Shown: positions 38,179 through 49,067, counted from the first letter of the stretch. The stretch: 64,000 nt of DNA from Prochlorococcus sp. AG-679-M23 (GCA_003208875.1 QCUR01000001.1:320001-384000), one strand, 5' to 3'. A program made the numbers and translations. The notes: generated from the letters alone by a model not told the origin.

Positions 38179-38442
38179 ATGAACACACTCATCATTTCAA
38201 CTTTTAGCTGTACATTTGAGGAATTTAAAAATGATGTTACTAATTTATTTCTTGAAGAAATGTGCAAAGAATTTGTGACTGATTATGAGTTTGTAAAAGT
38301 CAATGATCATAAATCTCATTTATTAATGAACTGTACTGACTTAGAAAAATTAGGTGCAGAGATGGAATCGCCTTTTGCAAAGGAATGGGATAAAAAAAAT
38401 AATTGTAAGGATACCGTATATGCAATTGAGCTTGTTGAATGA
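38179..38442 (+). CDS. DUF3764-like small protein
   Basis: TFSCTFEEF..., ferredoxin-like pattern similar to the 40445 ORF. Confidence 0.6.
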   Translation: MNTLIISTFSCTFEEFKNDVTNLFLEEMCKEFVTDYEFVKVNDHKSHLLMNCTDLEKLGAEMESPFAKEWDKKNNCKDTVYAIELVE

Positions 38443-38450
38443 TGTGATCA

Positions 38451-38495
38451 TTGACGGTTGATCTAAAGTAGATAGTGTATAAAAGCGCTTTTTTT
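38451..38495 (+). repeat. Dispersed ~45-bp element, copy 3
   Basis: TTGACGGTTGATCTAAAGT...ATAAAA...T7, ATG. Confidence 0.65.
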
Positions 38496-38621
38496 ATGTC
38501 CTCTTCAATGAAAGATTTCTTGGATAAATTTTTTGATTTATGTAGAGAATATCAAGAAGAAATTCCACCTCAAAAGATGGCTGAAGTTTTAAGAGATTAC
38601 GCAGATAGGTTAGATGGATAA
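38496..38621 (+). CDS. 41-aa hypothetical protein
   Basis: MSSSMKDFLDKFFDLCREYQEEIPPQKMAEVLRDYADRLDG; TAATG-coupled to the next ORF. Confidence 0.7.
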   Translation: MSSSMKDFLDKFFDLCREYQEEIPPQKMAEVLRDYADRLDG

Positions 38622-38806
38622 TGTTAAATACAGATGAAGCAACTGCATTAGCCAATTGGATACAAAACTGGAAAAAAACTTATAAGGAAAATCCAAAGTT
38701 AAATGAATGTATTACATGGTTTGAATGGAAATACCAAGATAGAGAACTTACTTCAAGTGATAAGAGTTCAATCGCAACTATTTTGAGATATAACTCGGAA
38801 GAATAA
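38621..38806 (+). CDS. Hypothetical protein; paralog of 20127-20315
   Basis: See paralog pattern. Confidence 0.75.
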   Translation: MLNTDEATALANWIQNWKKTYKENPKLNECITWFEWKYQDRELTSSDKSSIATILRYNSEE

Positions 38807-38808
38807 TT

Positions 38809-38901
38809 ATGTATTGAATAGCTATTACTTATGGAGTTGTTAGTTTGTTATTACTTGGTGGCTTTGTGTATTTAACCTTCAAAATGACCTCTAAAAAATG
38901 A
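38809..38901 (+). pseudogene. TM micro-ORF with TGA at codon 3
   Basis: MY*IAITYGVVSLLLLGGFVYLTFKMTSKK; ATGA-coupled to the next ORF. Confidence 0.4.
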
Positions 38902-38993
38902 TTGGAAGTTTGCCTAAATTAATTGCTCTTCTTATGGTCTTGCTACTTGTAGGTAGTACTTTTGTTGGTGGGATTATTTACTTTATAAAATGA
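38898..38993 (+). CDS. 31-aa TM microprotein
   Basis: MIGSLPKLIALLMVLLLVGSTFVGGIIYFIK. Confidence 0.5.
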   Translation: MIGSLPKLIALLMVLLLVGSTFVGGIIYFIK

Positions 38994-39145
38994 AAAAGTG
39001 TGATTGATGTAATAAGGAAGATGTGATCCATTACAGAGTAAAATCTATAAATTATAAAAGTTGGATTTTTTGCTGCAAGCAATGTTGGGATATTGTTTCA
39101 AAAGAAAGCCAATATTCTTATGGTGGAACAAGAAAATCAAAATAA

Positions 39146-39259
39146 ATGGAATTTTTTACTGAAATTTGGAATAGTCAACCAGCTACAGTTATTGGTGTAG
39201 GAACAGCAACTTTAATATTATTGGGAATTTATATATTTTTACTCAATACATATAAGTAA
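39146..39259 (+). CDS. 37-aa TM microprotein
   Basis: MEFFTEIWNSQPATVIGVGTATLILLGIYIFLLNTYK; TAATG-coupled to the next ORF. Confidence 0.6.
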   Translation: MEFFTEIWNSQPATVIGVGTATLILLGIYIFLLNTYK

Positions 39260-39654
39260 TGATTGAAGAAGGAGAAATAATTGAAATTCCAGTAGAAAAT
39301 CCTACTTATTTCACTAAGACAAAGCAAAAAGAAATAGGGATTATTGTTTTTAGTTCTCTTACTGTAGTTTTATTATTATTGGCTATAACTGTTAGGAATA
39401 AGCCTGAAAATGTTTCCAGAAGAAAAGAATTAAAAGAAGCAGAGAATGAAAGAAATCAAGAAGCCAGAGAAAATTATATAAAGGATTTAATGGCTGATCC
39501 TTATTTAAATATAGTTACAGAAGATTTTTTTGAGGTACATAAAGAAAGATTAAAGGAGCATAGAATCTCAATATATCAAGGGGTTACATATTATTTAGGT
39601 AAAAAAGGAGGTCTTTATTATCGGAGCTCCAAAGGTACAAGAATTTATATCTAA
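39259..39654 (+). CDS. Single-TM hypothetical protein
   Basis: TM helix; C-terminal YLGKKGGLYY..KG.RIY. Confidence 0.7.
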   Translation: MIEEGEIIEIPVENPTYFTKTKQKEIGIIVFSSLTVVLLLLAITVRNKPENVSRRKELKEAENERNQEARENYIKDLMADPYLNIVTEDFFEVHKERLKEHRISIYQGVTYYLGKKGGLYYRSSKGTRIYI

Positions 39655-39731
39655 TTTTTAAGTATTTAATCCTGTTGAAACTAATAAATACTTTATCTAG
39701 AATTCTAAAAATTATAAATTTGGGGAAATTT

Positions 39732-39875
39732 ATGAGTGGAGATTATGAGACATTAGAAATCAATCAACCTAAGATTTCTTATTTTAATAAAAGATCGGAA
39801 GATAATACTTTATGGCTAGATGAAATGATTAATAAAATTGAAGAAATGAAAAACAACATTAGCGAAGCTGCTTAG
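39732..39875 (+). CDS. 47-aa protein; paralog of 35519-35662
   Basis: MSGDYETLEINQPKISYF...WLDEMINKIEEMK; start reassigned. Confidence 0.75.
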   Translation: MSGDYETLEINQPKISYFNKRSEDNTLWLDEMINKIEEMKNNISEAA

Positions 39876-39948
39876 AAATTAAAAATTTAAAAAAACATTT
39901 GCATAATTTCTTACCTTTGGTAATTTTAGTGAGCTTTAATAAGTTCAA

Positions 39949-40158
39949 ATGCAAGATCAAAGTATTGAAAAGATAGCAGCAGTTGCAGTAAACATAACTA
40001 GGGTGCTGGTAATAATTTATCTAGGCTTAGTAGAGGTATTTAAAATAGGCAAATCACTTAGAAAGATTTTAGTTACTGATAATTCTCAAAAATGGGCTTC
40101 ACAAGCTTATTCAATTCTAAAAAGACGACAAGCTAAACAAAAATTAGCGGGAGTTTAG
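39949..40158 (+). CDS. Hypothetical protein
   Basis: 69-aa ORF. Confidence 0.55.
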   Translation: MQDQSIEKIAAVAVNITRVLVIIYLGLVEVFKIGKSLRKILVTDNSQKWASQAYSILKRRQAKQKLAGV

Positions 40159-40185
40159 AAAATTAGTTATTTAGTTTTAGTTGTT

Positions 40186-40386
40186 TCGGTATTAATACCG
40201 ATATACAGAAAATATTATTCGTAGTAATTTCTAGTTAATTAAATGGAGGGATCAGAAATGATTGATAGTCCACCAGAGAATTTAATTAGATTGGTTTAAA
40301 CAGCCAAATCCTACTAAATAAAAATAAGCTAAGTATTCCTATAGGAGGTTGTTTTCATTTAAAGGCTGAGTTCAACCTCTTTTTTT
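40186..40386 (+). ncRNA. Putative ~150-nt transcription unit with micro-ORF MIDSPPENLIRLV (40258-40299)
   Basis: Perfect palindrome TCGGTATTAATACCGA, -10 TAATTT, GGAGG, GAGGTTG..CAACCTC-T7 terminator; homolog at 21661. Confidence 0.6.
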
Positions 40387-40403
40387 GATGCAGGCTTTTA
40401 TCA

Positions 40404-40444
40404 TTGACAGTCGATCTAAAATAAGGGGTAATTAGTTCTTTTTT
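40404..40444 (+). repeat. Dispersed ~45-bp element, copy 4
   Basis: TTGACAGTCGATCTAAAAT...T6, ATG; first 15 nt identical to copy 1. Confidence 0.75.
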
Positions 40445-40723
40445 ATGTCTCTTGAAACTACTGTTTTCACTTTCAAAATAAGTGTCCCTTTTGAAGAATG
40501 GGCTGCGGTTTATGACAGCGAAGAAAATATACAAATGAATAAAGAACGTGGAATTATTTGCCTATATAAAGGTTTAATGAAAGATGATCCAACCAATGTA
40601 ATTCTTATTGAGCAGGGTGAAGAAGGGAAATCAAAAGCTATGTTTGAAGATCCAGCAGTGAAACCATTAATTGAGAGTGCAGGTCATATTTATGATTCAA
40701 CCGTAATATCCAGTTACTTCTAA
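40445..40723 (+). CDS. DUF3764 family protein
   Basis: ETTVFTFKIS.PFEEW...LYKG...DDP..V...Q...SAGHIYDST. Confidence 0.8.
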   Translation: MSLETTVFTFKISVPFEEWAAVYDSEENIQMNKERGIICLYKGLMKDDPTNVILIEQGEEGKSKAMFEDPAVKPLIESAGHIYDSTVISSYF

Positions 40724-41275
40724 GTGAAACGCTTATTGCTCGCATCGCTTTTATTAGGTTTTATTTCTCCAGTAATGGCTAAAGAAATTTGTACCCTTAC
40801 AAGTGAAGTAGAACCAGATGTAACTATAACTTTGCAAAACTCTGGTTCTTCTTATGGTGTAGGGACTCTTAATTATAAAAACAAACCTTCATTAGGTTTC
40901 GATGTAGGTATCTGGAATGGATATGGAGGTCAGTATTACACTGCAAGATCATATTCACCTGAATTATTAAAAGAAGAAAAAACCTTTCAAGAAAGAACAA
41001 AAAATACAAAAGAGATTAGAACAGGACATTTTATGAATTTTGTGGGAAATCAATTAGGAAGAGCAACTAAAATAATGGATAGAAAATCTGGAAAATTAAG
41101 AGCATTAATGCCTTCACTTTCACAAGGTTATTATTATTCGATTCCTTTTACAGAAGAGGGACAATATGGGAGACAGAAATTATCAAAAGAGATGAAAACT
41201 ATTATTGACGCTACAGAGGGATTTTTTGTTGATTCAGGAGGATGCAGAAAATTCTTTCCTTATGGATGGGATTAG
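40724..41275 (+). CDS. Secreted hypothetical protein
   Basis: MKRLLL signal peptide; 183 aa. Confidence 0.75.
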   Translation: MKRLLLASLLLGFISPVMAKEICTLTSEVEPDVTITLQNSGSSYGVGTLNYKNKPSLGFDVGIWNGYGGQYYTARSYSPELLKEEKTFQERTKNTKEIRTGHFMNFVGNQLGRATKIMDRKSGKLRALMPSLSQGYYYSIPFTEEGQYGRQKLSKEMKTIIDATEGFFVDSGGCRKFFPYGWD

Positions 41276-41520
41276 ATGAGAGGATATTTTTCATTCTCCG
41301 CACTTCTATGCAGTAGAAGAGGACCATTTATATAGTCATTGATCGCCTCTCCAAGGGTGATGGGGATATCTAGGAAAACCTTTTTTGTTCTCTCTTCAAC
41401 CGCATTCTCCCAGGATTGGGCCAGATCCCTGGAAAGAAATGTTCTGGATCTCGGACCGACATAATTCTTCCTTCTTATTAGGACCTGCCAGCCGCTGCCG
41501 CTTCTTCTGATTGTTGCCAT
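41272..41520 (-). pseudogene. N-terminal fragment of a tyrosine recombinase/phage integrase
   Basis: MATIRRSGSGWQVLIRRK...SRTF...AQSW...TLGEAINDY; no catalytic domain; GC-richer; next to the tRNA 3' end. Confidence 0.78.
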
Positions 41521-41660
41521 TTCGGTGTCATCGTATGTGTGATGCACCTCCAGATATCTACCTTTAAAACAGAAAAGTAGACCCGCAATCGGACGTCCAC
41601 TTCTGATGAATTCTTTTTAGCGATAGTGATAATCTCTTTGATACCAAGTTATCCAACGAG

Positions 41661-41742
<82 letters not shown>

Positions 41743-41749
<7 letters not shown>

Positions 41750-41824
41750 GGTTGGATTTGAACCAACGTAGGCAGAGCCAGCGGATTTACAGTCCGCCCC
41801 CTTTAACCACTCGGGCACCGACCC
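41743..41824 (-). tRNA. tRNA-Tyr(GTA)
   Basis: GGGTCGGTGCCCGAGTGG...GACTGTAAATC...GGTTCAAATCC...CGGCCCA, long variable arm. Confidence 0.97.
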
Positions 41825-41925
41825 CTACTATTTGAACTTATCAGTTAATGGTCACTTTGTGTGAAAATGTTTTGGTTTTTTTGTTTCTTTCTAGATAGCA
41901 TTTAAATGAAAAGACTTAATAACTG

Positions 41926-42366
41926 ATGAATATTTTATTGATAAATGGGCCAAACCTTAATTTGTTGGGTATTAGAGAACCTGAAATATATGGAAATAAA
42001 ACCTTGAATGATATTGAAAAAGATTTAAACAAAGTTGCTAACGAAAAAAGTATTAATCTTGAATGCTTTCAAAGTAATCATGAAGGCGAAATCGTTGATA
42101 AAATCCAATCCTCGGTAAGTAGAATCAGTGGAATCCTTATTAATGCCGGTGCTTTTACTCATACTTCAATTTCTATAAGAGATGCTTTAATTGGATCAAA
42201 AATCCCATTTGTAGAACTACACATATCAAATATCTTTAGCAGGGAAGAATTTCGAAAAGAATCTTTTCTTACAGACAAAGCAATAGGAATAATTAGTGGA
42301 TTTGGTATTACAAGTTATTTTCTTGCTCTTGAGGGAATAATTGAATTTTTAAGTAGTAATAAGTAA
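41926..42366 (+). CDS. aroQ: Type II 3-dehydroquinate dehydratase
   Basis: [28 protein letters not shown]. Confidence 0.98.
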   Translation: MNILLINGPNLNLLGIREPEIYGNKTLNDIEKDLNKVANEKSINLECFQSNHEGEIVDKIQSSVSRISGILINAGAFTHTSISIRDALIGSKIPFVELHISNIFSREEFRKESFLTDKAIGIISGFGITSYFLALEGIIEFLSSNK

Positions 42367-42975
42367 ATGCTAGTAGATTTTAAAAGGCCCTCTTCTAATA
42401 TTAAATATTTATCCTCATTATCCTCAGAAAGTTGGCTAGAGCAAGCTTTATCGAATCCAATAGAGATACTTATTGATCATGCTCATTGTGAAAGAAAAGC
42501 TGCTGGAGTTGCAATTCAATTAATGTTTAGATATCCATCTGAACCCGACCTGGCAGAAGTTTTGAGCCCCATAGCAAGGGAAGAGTTAGAGCATTTTGAA
42601 AAAATACTTGTTTTACTAAAGGATCTTGGTCATTCGCTTAAAGCTCTTAAGCCTCCCCCATATGGAGCTGAATTGGCTAAATGTGTCAGAAAAGTGGAAC
42701 CATATAGAATGTTAGATAGTTTCTTAATAGCAGGACTTATTGAAGCAAGAAGTCATGAAAGATTAAGTTTACTAGCATTGAATTCTGAGCACAAATCTTT
42801 CAAGTTGCTTTATGAGTCTTTACTTGAAAGTGAAGCAAGACATTTTGGAATTTATTGGAAACTAGCTCAGACTAAATTCTCTAAAAATGAAACTAACAAA
42901 AGATTAGAGGAATTATCTAATATTGAATCGGAGATCTTATCCCAAACGTTTGCTTTGCCAAGAATTCATAGTTAA
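42367..42975 (+). CDS. miaE: tRNA-(ms2io6A) hydroxylase
   Basis: DHAHCERKAA, EELEHF, IEARSHER, SEARH. Confidence 0.95.
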   Translation: MLVDFKRPSSNIKYLSSLSSESWLEQALSNPIEILIDHAHCERKAAGVAIQLMFRYPSEPDLAEVLSPIAREELEHFEKILVLLKDLGHSLKALKPPPYGAELAKCVRKVEPYRMLDSFLIAGLIEARSHERLSLLALNSEHKSFKLLYESLLESEARHFGIYWKLAQTKFSKNETNKRLEELSNIESEILSQTFALPRIHS

Positions 42976-42995
42976 TTGAATTTTGTTATTCATTT

Positions 42996-43751
42996 ATGGG
43001 AATTAGAAAAACTCTAAAAAATCTGCTTGGTTTTAAAAGTGATCTTGCATCATTAACAGTAGTTGGTGTTGGTCCTGGAGATAGTTCTTTACTAACTATT
43101 GCTGCAATAGAGGCAATTAAAAAAGCAAAACTTATAGTTTTCCCAATTTCAAGTGATGATAGAAAGAGTGCATCTGCGGAAATAGTCAAAAAATATATCA
43201 AATTCAAGAAAAAAATACCTATTATTTTCCCAATGGCAAGACAAGAATTTGATCCAGATCAAATCTGGTCTAGTGCTGTGGATATAATTGTTAAATCTGT
43301 TAGAAACAATAAATCTGTTGCTTTACTTTGTCTTGGAGATCCTTCACTTTATGCAAGTTCCTCAAATATTCTGAGAATAATAAATAATAATTATCCTGAA
43401 ATAATCACAAGGACAATACCAGGGATATCATCTATCTCAGCAGCAGCAGCTTTAAGTAATTTTGATTTGGTAAAGAAAGGTGAGACTTTGATATTAAAAG
43501 AATGTCCTTCTTCTAAACCTGAAATAATAACTCTAATAATTCAGACTAAAGCGAATAAAACAGTTTTAGTACTTATGAAAGTTGGGAAAAGATGGGGGTC
43601 AGTTAAAGAAGTTTTAAAAAAAGAGAAAATCATTAATAAAGCTTTAATCGCTTTAAATGTAGGGATGCCTGATCAAATTATCCAACATGCTTCAAAATAT
43701 AATGTGGAGACAATGCCTTATTTTTCTTTAATTTTGATAAGACCTAATTAA
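42996..43751 (+). CDS. cobI: Precorrin-2 C20-methyltransferase
   Basis: GVGPGD, LGDPSLY, PGISS, LMKVG, PYFS. Confidence 0.92.
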   Translation: MGIRKTLKNLLGFKSDLASLTVVGVGPGDSSLLTIAAIEAIKKAKLIVFPISSDDRKSASAEIVKKYIKFKKKIPIIFPMARQEFDPDQIWSSAVDIIVKSVRNNKSVALLCLGDPSLYASSSNILRIINNNYPEIITRTIPGISSISAAAALSNFDLVKKGETLILKECPSSKPEIITLIIQTKANKTVLVLMKVGKRWGSVKEVLKKEKIINKALIALNVGMPDQIIQHASKYNVETMPYFSLILIRPN

Positions 43752-44233
43752 TGAATAAGGACAAATTTCTAAGAAATGATTTTCAATGGTCTATAAGTAG
43801 GCAAATATTGTCTTTAATACTTGAAGATAAAGTAAGTGATATTTTTGTATGTGAATTAGTATGGGAAAGACTTTTTTATATCAATGAACCTTCTATGGAT
43901 GGATGGATTTCAAGTTCCTTAACTCCATCATATTGGTCAGAAAAATTTTCAAAAGCTCCTCAAATTATTTCAGAACGATCAGCTTCGGTTCATTTGACAC
44001 GATCTATACCGAAAGATCACAAACAAAATTTAAAAAAAATTCTTAATTTTAAAGGTTATAAAATTAACGAACTTTATCCTAGAAGAACAAGAAGAGCAAC
44101 TGCTGTCAATTGGCTGATCTATTGGTCTATTGACTCGAGTTCTTCTTTAGATGATTTTTCTAAGTTACCTAAAATATCTTCCCCATCTCCTAATCCAGCA
44201 AAAGGTCATTTTGGAGATCCTGAAATCAAATAA
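43751..44233 (+). CDS. DUF1823-like protein
   Basis: VHLTRSIP, FKGYKI.EL.PRRTRRAT.VNWL. Confidence 0.8.
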   Translation: MNKDKFLRNDFQWSISRQILSLILEDKVSDIFVCELVWERLFYINEPSMDGWISSSLTPSYWSEKFSKAPQIISERSASVHLTRSIPKDHKQNLKKILNFKGYKINELYPRRTRRATAVNWLIYWSIDSSSSLDDFSKLPKISSPSPNPAKGHFGDPEIK

Positions 44234-44305
44234 ATACTCCTGGATAGAGTAAAAGATAGTATTGAGGGTATAGTTGTAATAGATCTAATTTTCTTAGGGG
44301 AATAA

Positions 44306-45682
44306 TTGACTCTTCCATCAATAGCAATAATCGGAAGACCTAATGTTGGGAAGTCTACTTTGGTTAATAGGTTATGCCAAAGTAATGACGCAATTGTATT
44401 CGATAAACCTGGAGTTACTAGAGATAGAACTTATCAAAATGCTTCTTGGGGGGGGAGGGAATTTCAAGTGGTTGATACGGGAGGATTAGTTTTTGAAGAT
44501 GATAGTGAATTCCTCCCCGAGATTCGTACTCAAGTATTTTTAGCATTAGAAGAGGCTTCTCTCGCTTTATTTGTAGTTGATGGAAATCAAGGTGTAACTG
44601 ACGGTGATTTATCCATAGCAAAATGGCTAAGGAATTCAGCTTGTAAGACAATTGTTGCAGTAAATAAATGTGAATCTACATCCTTGGGAGTTTCTTTGGC
44701 CTCTGAGTTCTGGAAATTGGGTTTAGGTGAACCTTATCCTGTCTCTGCTATTCATGGCTCTGGAACAGGGGATCTATTAGACCTTGTTATTGATGGATTC
44801 CCTAAAGATTTAAATATTGAAGATAAAGAAGATAAAATAATGATGTCAATTATTGGGAGACCAAATGTTGGTAAATCCAGTTTGTTAAATGCTATTTGCG
44901 GAGAAAAAAGAGCAATAGTTAGTGATATAAGTGGGACTACAACTGATTCAATAGATACTCTTATTAAGAAAGATTCCCATCTATGGAAAATAGTCGATAC
45001 CGCAGGAATAAGAAGAAAAAAAAATGTAAAATATGGAACTGAGTTTTTTGGAATTAATAGAGCTTTTAAATCTATCGATAGAAGTGATGTTTGCGTCCTG
45101 GTTATAGATGCCATAGATGGTGTGACTGATCAAGATCAGAAATTAGCAGGACGAATAGAAGAACAAGGTAGAGCATGTGTCATTGTAGTAAATAAATGGG
45201 ATCTTGTAGAGAAAAATAATTCCACAATCTATGAAGTAGAAAAAGAACTTAGATCAAAACTATATTTTTTGCATTGGTCAAAAATGATTTTCATTTCAGC
45301 TTTGACTGGTCAAAGAGTTCAAAATATTTTTGAGCATGCTCTTAGTGCTGTAACCCAACATAGAAGGAGAGTCACAACTTCAGTCGTTAATGAAGTTCTT
45401 AAGGAAGCTCTTGGATGGAAAAGTCCACCAACAAAGAGAAGCGGAAAACAAGGAAGACTTTACTATGGGACTCAAGTAAAAAACCAGCCTCCAACTTTTA
45501 CTCTTTTTGTAAATGACCCTAAATTATTTGGAATTACATATAGAAGATATATTGAAAAACAAATAAGATTAAATCTTGGGTTTGAAGGGTCTCCAATAAT
45601 TTTACTTTGGAGAGGAAAACAGCAAAGAGACCTTGAAAAGGAGACTTCAAAAAAGAATATTAATATTATTCAAAAAGATTAA
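44306..45682 (+). CDS. der: Ribosome biogenesis GTPase Der/EngA
   Basis: Two GRPNVGKS G-domains. Confidence 0.98.
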   Translation: MTLPSIAIIGRPNVGKSTLVNRLCQSNDAIVFDKPGVTRDRTYQNASWGGREFQVVDTGGLVFEDDSEFLPEIRTQVFLALEEASLALFVVDGNQGVTDGDLSIAKWLRNSACKTIVAVNKCESTSLGVSLASEFWKLGLGEPYPVSAIHGSGTGDLLDLVIDGFPKDLNIEDKEDKIMMSIIGRPNVGKSSLLNAICGEKRAIVSDISGTTTDSIDTLIKKDSHLWKIVDTAGIRRKKNVKYGTEFFGINRAFKSIDRSDVCVLVIDAIDGVTDQDQKLAGRIEEQGRACVIVVNKWDLVEKNNSTIYEVEKELRSKLYFLHWSKMIFISALTGQRVQNIFEHALSAVTQHRRRVTTSVVNEVLKEALGWKSPPTKRSGKQGRLYYGTQVKNQPPTFTLFVNDPKLFGITYRRYIEKQIRLNLGFEGSPIILLWRGKQQRDLEKETSKKNINIIQKD

Positions 45683-46596
45683 TGAATTTTCTTACTAAAT
45701 TTCCTATTGGACAATATGTTGATGGTAATAGAAGTTGGTTAAGAATTGTCGACAGTAGATTAAAGATAATTGCAGTATTTATTTTTCTAATTACTCCAAT
45801 CTGGGCAGGCCCATTATGGAGACTAAGTTTAGTTATTTGTTTGATATCTATTACTTTTATCAGTTTGTTACCCTTTAGAGTTTGGTGGCGATCACTCCTC
45901 TTCCTTATAGGATTATCATTAATAATTGGATTATTATCATTAATTGCATTTTCTGATATTCAATCTCTTGATAGTTCTTTAAGAGATCCGAATGAATTGA
46001 ACTTGATTCTAGAAAGTCAGGAAACTTGGAATATTTTAGAAATTCCATCTAAGAAAATAGGATTTATAACTCTTGGGCCCTTTAACCTATCTAGGAAAGC
46101 TTTTGAGTTAGGAATAAAAACTTCAACATTAATATTTACTGTTATTCATAGTGTGAATTTGATGCTGCTAACAACATTACAGGAGGATATAGCCTGGGCC
46201 TTAAGTTGGTTTATGATCCCTTTGAGAAAAGTTGGGTTGCCTATTGATAAATGGCTTTTTCAATTACTGTTAGCATTACGCTTTATTCCTTTAGTTCAAG
46301 AAGAATTGCAAAACATAATTAAATCAGTATCAGTTAGATCAATAAATCTTAGAAGTTTGGGTTTTAAGAAATCTATTAATGTTTTATTAACAATGGTTGA
46401 AAGACTTTTTTTAAATATATTCTTAAGAATTGATCAAGGAGCAGATTCGTTACTTTCTAAAAAAGAAATAACAATAAAAACTAATAGATATAAAGCTTTT
46501 GATAAAAAAAATTCCCTAACTTTTATTTTTAATTCATTATCGATTTGTTTTATATGCATAGCAATTTTTCTTAGAAAACAGTATGGTGCATGGTAA
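45682..46596 (+). CDS. ECF transporter T component (CbiQ/EcfT family)
   Basis: LLALRFIPLVQEE, TM helices. Confidence 0.88.
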   Translation: MNFLTKFPIGQYVDGNRSWLRIVDSRLKIIAVFIFLITPIWAGPLWRLSLVICLISITFISLLPFRVWWRSLLFLIGLSLIIGLLSLIAFSDIQSLDSSLRDPNELNLILESQETWNILEIPSKKIGFITLGPFNLSRKAFELGIKTSTLIFTVIHSVNLMLLTTLQEDIAWALSWFMIPLRKVGLPIDKWLFQLLLALRFIPLVQEELQNIIKSVSVRSINLRSLGFKKSINVLLTMVERLFLNIFLRIDQGADSLLSKKEITIKTNRYKAFDKKNSLTFIFNSLSICFICIAIFLRKQYGAW

Positions 46597-46613
46597 ATAA
46601 ATAAATTTTTAGT

Positions 46614-46880
46614 TTGAGTTCAGAGCGTTATTTAAATCACCCAACATTTGGAATGTTATATCAAGTCTCTCTAGGAAGTGAGGGTAAAGATATTTATGCG
46701 ACTTTGTATGCACAAAAAATGTTTTTTTTAGTTGAAGTTAAACAACGAGAAGTGTTTTTTGAAGTTATACCTTATTTAGATGCTAGAAATCAGTCTGAAT
46801 TAAACCTGCAAAGAGCAAGAAGACAAGGATCAGAAGATTTCACAAAATGGGAAAATTTATTTAGACAAACTTTTTTATAA
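46614..46880 (+). CDS. pipX: PII-interacting protein X
   Basis: ERYLNHPTFGMLY, ATLYAQKMFFLV. Confidence 0.96.
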   Translation: MSSERYLNHPTFGMLYQVSLGSEGKDIYATLYAQKMFFLVEVKQREVFFEVIPYLDARNQSELNLQRARRQGSEDFTKWENLFRQTFL

Positions 46881-46883
46881 AAT

Positions 46884-47522
46884 TTGGAAATTTCAAATTA
46901 CTTGCAAATTAAAAAACAATTACCTCTTAATGTAAATTTACTTGCTGTGAGTAAGGGGTTTAGTAGTAAAGAAATCAAAATTATAAATAATCTAGGACAA
47001 AACGATTTTGGGGAAAGTAGATTTCAAGAGGCTATTGAGAAGAAACTCTTATTAGATGATTTAAAAAATATAAAATGGCATTTCATTGGAAGAGTGCAGA
47101 CTAATAAAATAAGAAAAATAGTACAAAATTTTGAATATATTCATTCTGTAGACTCATATGAAAAATTATTAAAGATTTCTAATGTTTCATTTGAAGAGAA
47201 GAGAAATCCAATAGTAATGTTGCAAGTCAAATTAAGTGATGATCCAAATAAAGGAGGTTTTAATCCTAAAGTATTGTTAGAAAAATGGGACCAGATTAAG
47301 GGATTTAAAAGTATCAAAATTAAAGGCCTAATGACAATCAATCCAAAGGGTTTGAGTTCAATAGATAATATTAAACTATTTAAAAAATGCCGGTTACTTG
47401 CAGATTCACTTAAACTTAAGGATTGTTCAATGGGAATGTCAGGAGACTGGGAGGAAGCTGTTAAAGCAGGTTCTACTTGGTTGCGATTAGGGTCAATAAT
47501 TTTTGGTAATAGAATATATTAG
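46884..47522 (+). CDS. yggS: YggS/PipY pyridoxal-phosphate homeostasis protein
   Basis: LAVSK, FGES, WHFIG, SMGMSGD, RLGS.IFG. Confidence 0.95.
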   Translation: MEISNYLQIKKQLPLNVNLLAVSKGFSSKEIKIINNLGQNDFGESRFQEAIEKKLLLDDLKNIKWHFIGRVQTNKIRKIVQNFEYIHSVDSYEKLLKISNVSFEEKRNPIVMLQVKLSDDPNKGGFNPKVLLEKWDQIKGFKSIKIKGLMTINPKGLSSIDNIKLFKKCRLLADSLKLKDCSMGMSGDWEEAVKAGSTWLRLGSIIFGNRIY

Positions 47523-47680
47523 TCGTTAATTAATTATATTTTATAAAAATCTTGTTTTTAAACTTGCAGTAAACTATAAGTAACGTTATTTAAGTATAGG
47601 TAGTTTATTCATTAATAAAAGATGGATATATTACTAAAGGTTTTTTGACCTTAGTTATCAATTTCAAGAGGATTTAAAAG

Positions 47681-48253
47681 GTGTCACTTATTTCTCGATT
47701 AAAGGCAGTTGTAGCAGGGGATGATTATCTGGATGATGATTTTGATGAGTTGGATTATGCATCAGAGGATGAATTTAATCGAAATAATGATTTTAAACAA
47801 AATCAAAAAAACTCGAATGCACTTTCAAATTCAAATCCATTTGAATTTATGAATAATAATAGGACATCAAATGTGGTTGGAATGCCTGGCATTGCTAATT
47901 CATCTTCTGAGGTAAGCTTGATGGAGCCTAGAAGTTTTGATGAAATGCCTCAAGCAATACAGGCATTAAGAGAAAGAAAAACTGTAATTCTAAATTTGAC
48001 TATGATGGATCCTGACCAAGCACAAAGAGCAGTTGATTTTGTTGCAGGAGGTACATATGCAATAGATGGTCATCAAGAAAGAGTTGGGGAAAGCATTTTT
48101 CTTTTTGCTCCTAGTTGTGTAAATGTAACTAGTTCTTTCCCAGAGGAAGCTTCTCCTTCTAATGTTTCAAGCAAAAAGACATCTTATAATTTTGAAACTA
48201 ACACAACTCCAGAGCCAGCTTGGGGAGAATCTAAATTATCGGCTTACAGTTAA
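47681..48253 (+). CDS. sepF: Cell division protein SepF
   Basis: [18 protein letters not shown]. Confidence 0.96.
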   Translation: MSLISRLKAVVAGDDYLDDDFDELDYASEDEFNRNNDFKQNQKNSNALSNSNPFEFMNNNRTSNVVGMPGIANSSSEVSLMEPRSFDEMPQAIQALRERKTVILNLTMMDPDQAQRAVDFVAGGTYAIDGHQERVGESIFLFAPSCVNVTSSFPEEASPSNVSSKKTSYNFETNTTPEPAWGESKLSAYS

Positions 48254-48260
48254 TTAATTT

Positions 48261-49067
48261 GTGACTAGTAAAATCGCAGTCATTGGGTTTGGAAATATTG
48301 CAAGAGCTATTATTACTCCGCTATTTGATAAAAATTTACTAAATCCAAAGGATGTTTATTGTTTAGTAAATACAAAAAAAAGTTTAGAAAATATTAGAAA
48401 AAACTATAAGTATGATATTAATATTTTTCAGGCAAACTCCAAAGGTTCAGAAATTATATGGGATTGCAAAGTTAAACTTCTCTCTGTAAAGCCTCAGCAA
48501 CTTAAAAATATAATTGAATTAAAAAAAAATAAAAATAATTTATTGGTTTCTATTTTAGCTGGTGTATCTTTAGAAAAACTTATTAAAAAATTTCCAAATC
48601 ATAAATGCGTTAGGGTAGTAACTAATATTCCAATAACAATTGGTAAAGGTTTAACTGGAATATCCTGGGGAGATGAAATAACAAAAGATCAAAAGCAATT
48701 TATAAAAAGATTATTTGAAAACTCTAGTAAAATTTATGAATTTCCTGAAGATTTACTCGATATTTTTTTATCAGTAACATCTTCTGGACCAGCTATAATT
48801 GCCTTGATTATTGAAGCTTTAAGTGACGGAGGTTTAAGCGGCGGATTGCAAAAAAGACTTTCTGAAGAACTAGTTGTAGAGATGATTCTAGGCACTGTTA
48901 GTTTAATAAAAGAAACTAATTTAACAACTGCTGAGCTTAAGAATATGGTAACTTCTCCTGGGGGCACAACCATATCAGCACTAAGGGTTTTAGAAAATAA
49001 GAGTTTAAGGTCTGCTCTTATAGAAGCAGTAGTTTCGGCCAGTAATCGTAGTAAAGAATTTCGTTAA
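48261..49067 (+). CDS. proC: Pyrroline-5-carboxylate reductase
   Basis: GFGNI, VKPQ, SGPA, VTSPGGTT. Confidence 0.96.
   Translation: MTSKIAVIGFGNIARAIITPLFDKNLLNPKDVYCLVNTKKSLENIRKNYKYDINIFQANSKGSEIIWDCKVKLLSVKPQQLKNIIELKKNKNNLLVSILAGVSLEKLIKKFPNHKCVRVVTNIPITIGKGLTGISWGDEITKDQKQFIKRLFENSSKIYEFPEDLLDIFLSVTSSGPAIIALIIEALSDGGLSGGLQKRLSEELVVEMILGTVSLIKETNLTTAELKNMVTSPGGTTISALRVLENKSLRSALIEAVVSASNRSKEFR

Larger units (their letters stand above)
37238..41660. mobile_element. Degraded tRNA-integrated element (tycheposon/prophage-like remnant)
   Basis: Bracketed by 89-bp direct repeats; integrase fragment beside the tRNA; phage-like pyrE and small-gene cargo. Confidence 0.75.
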
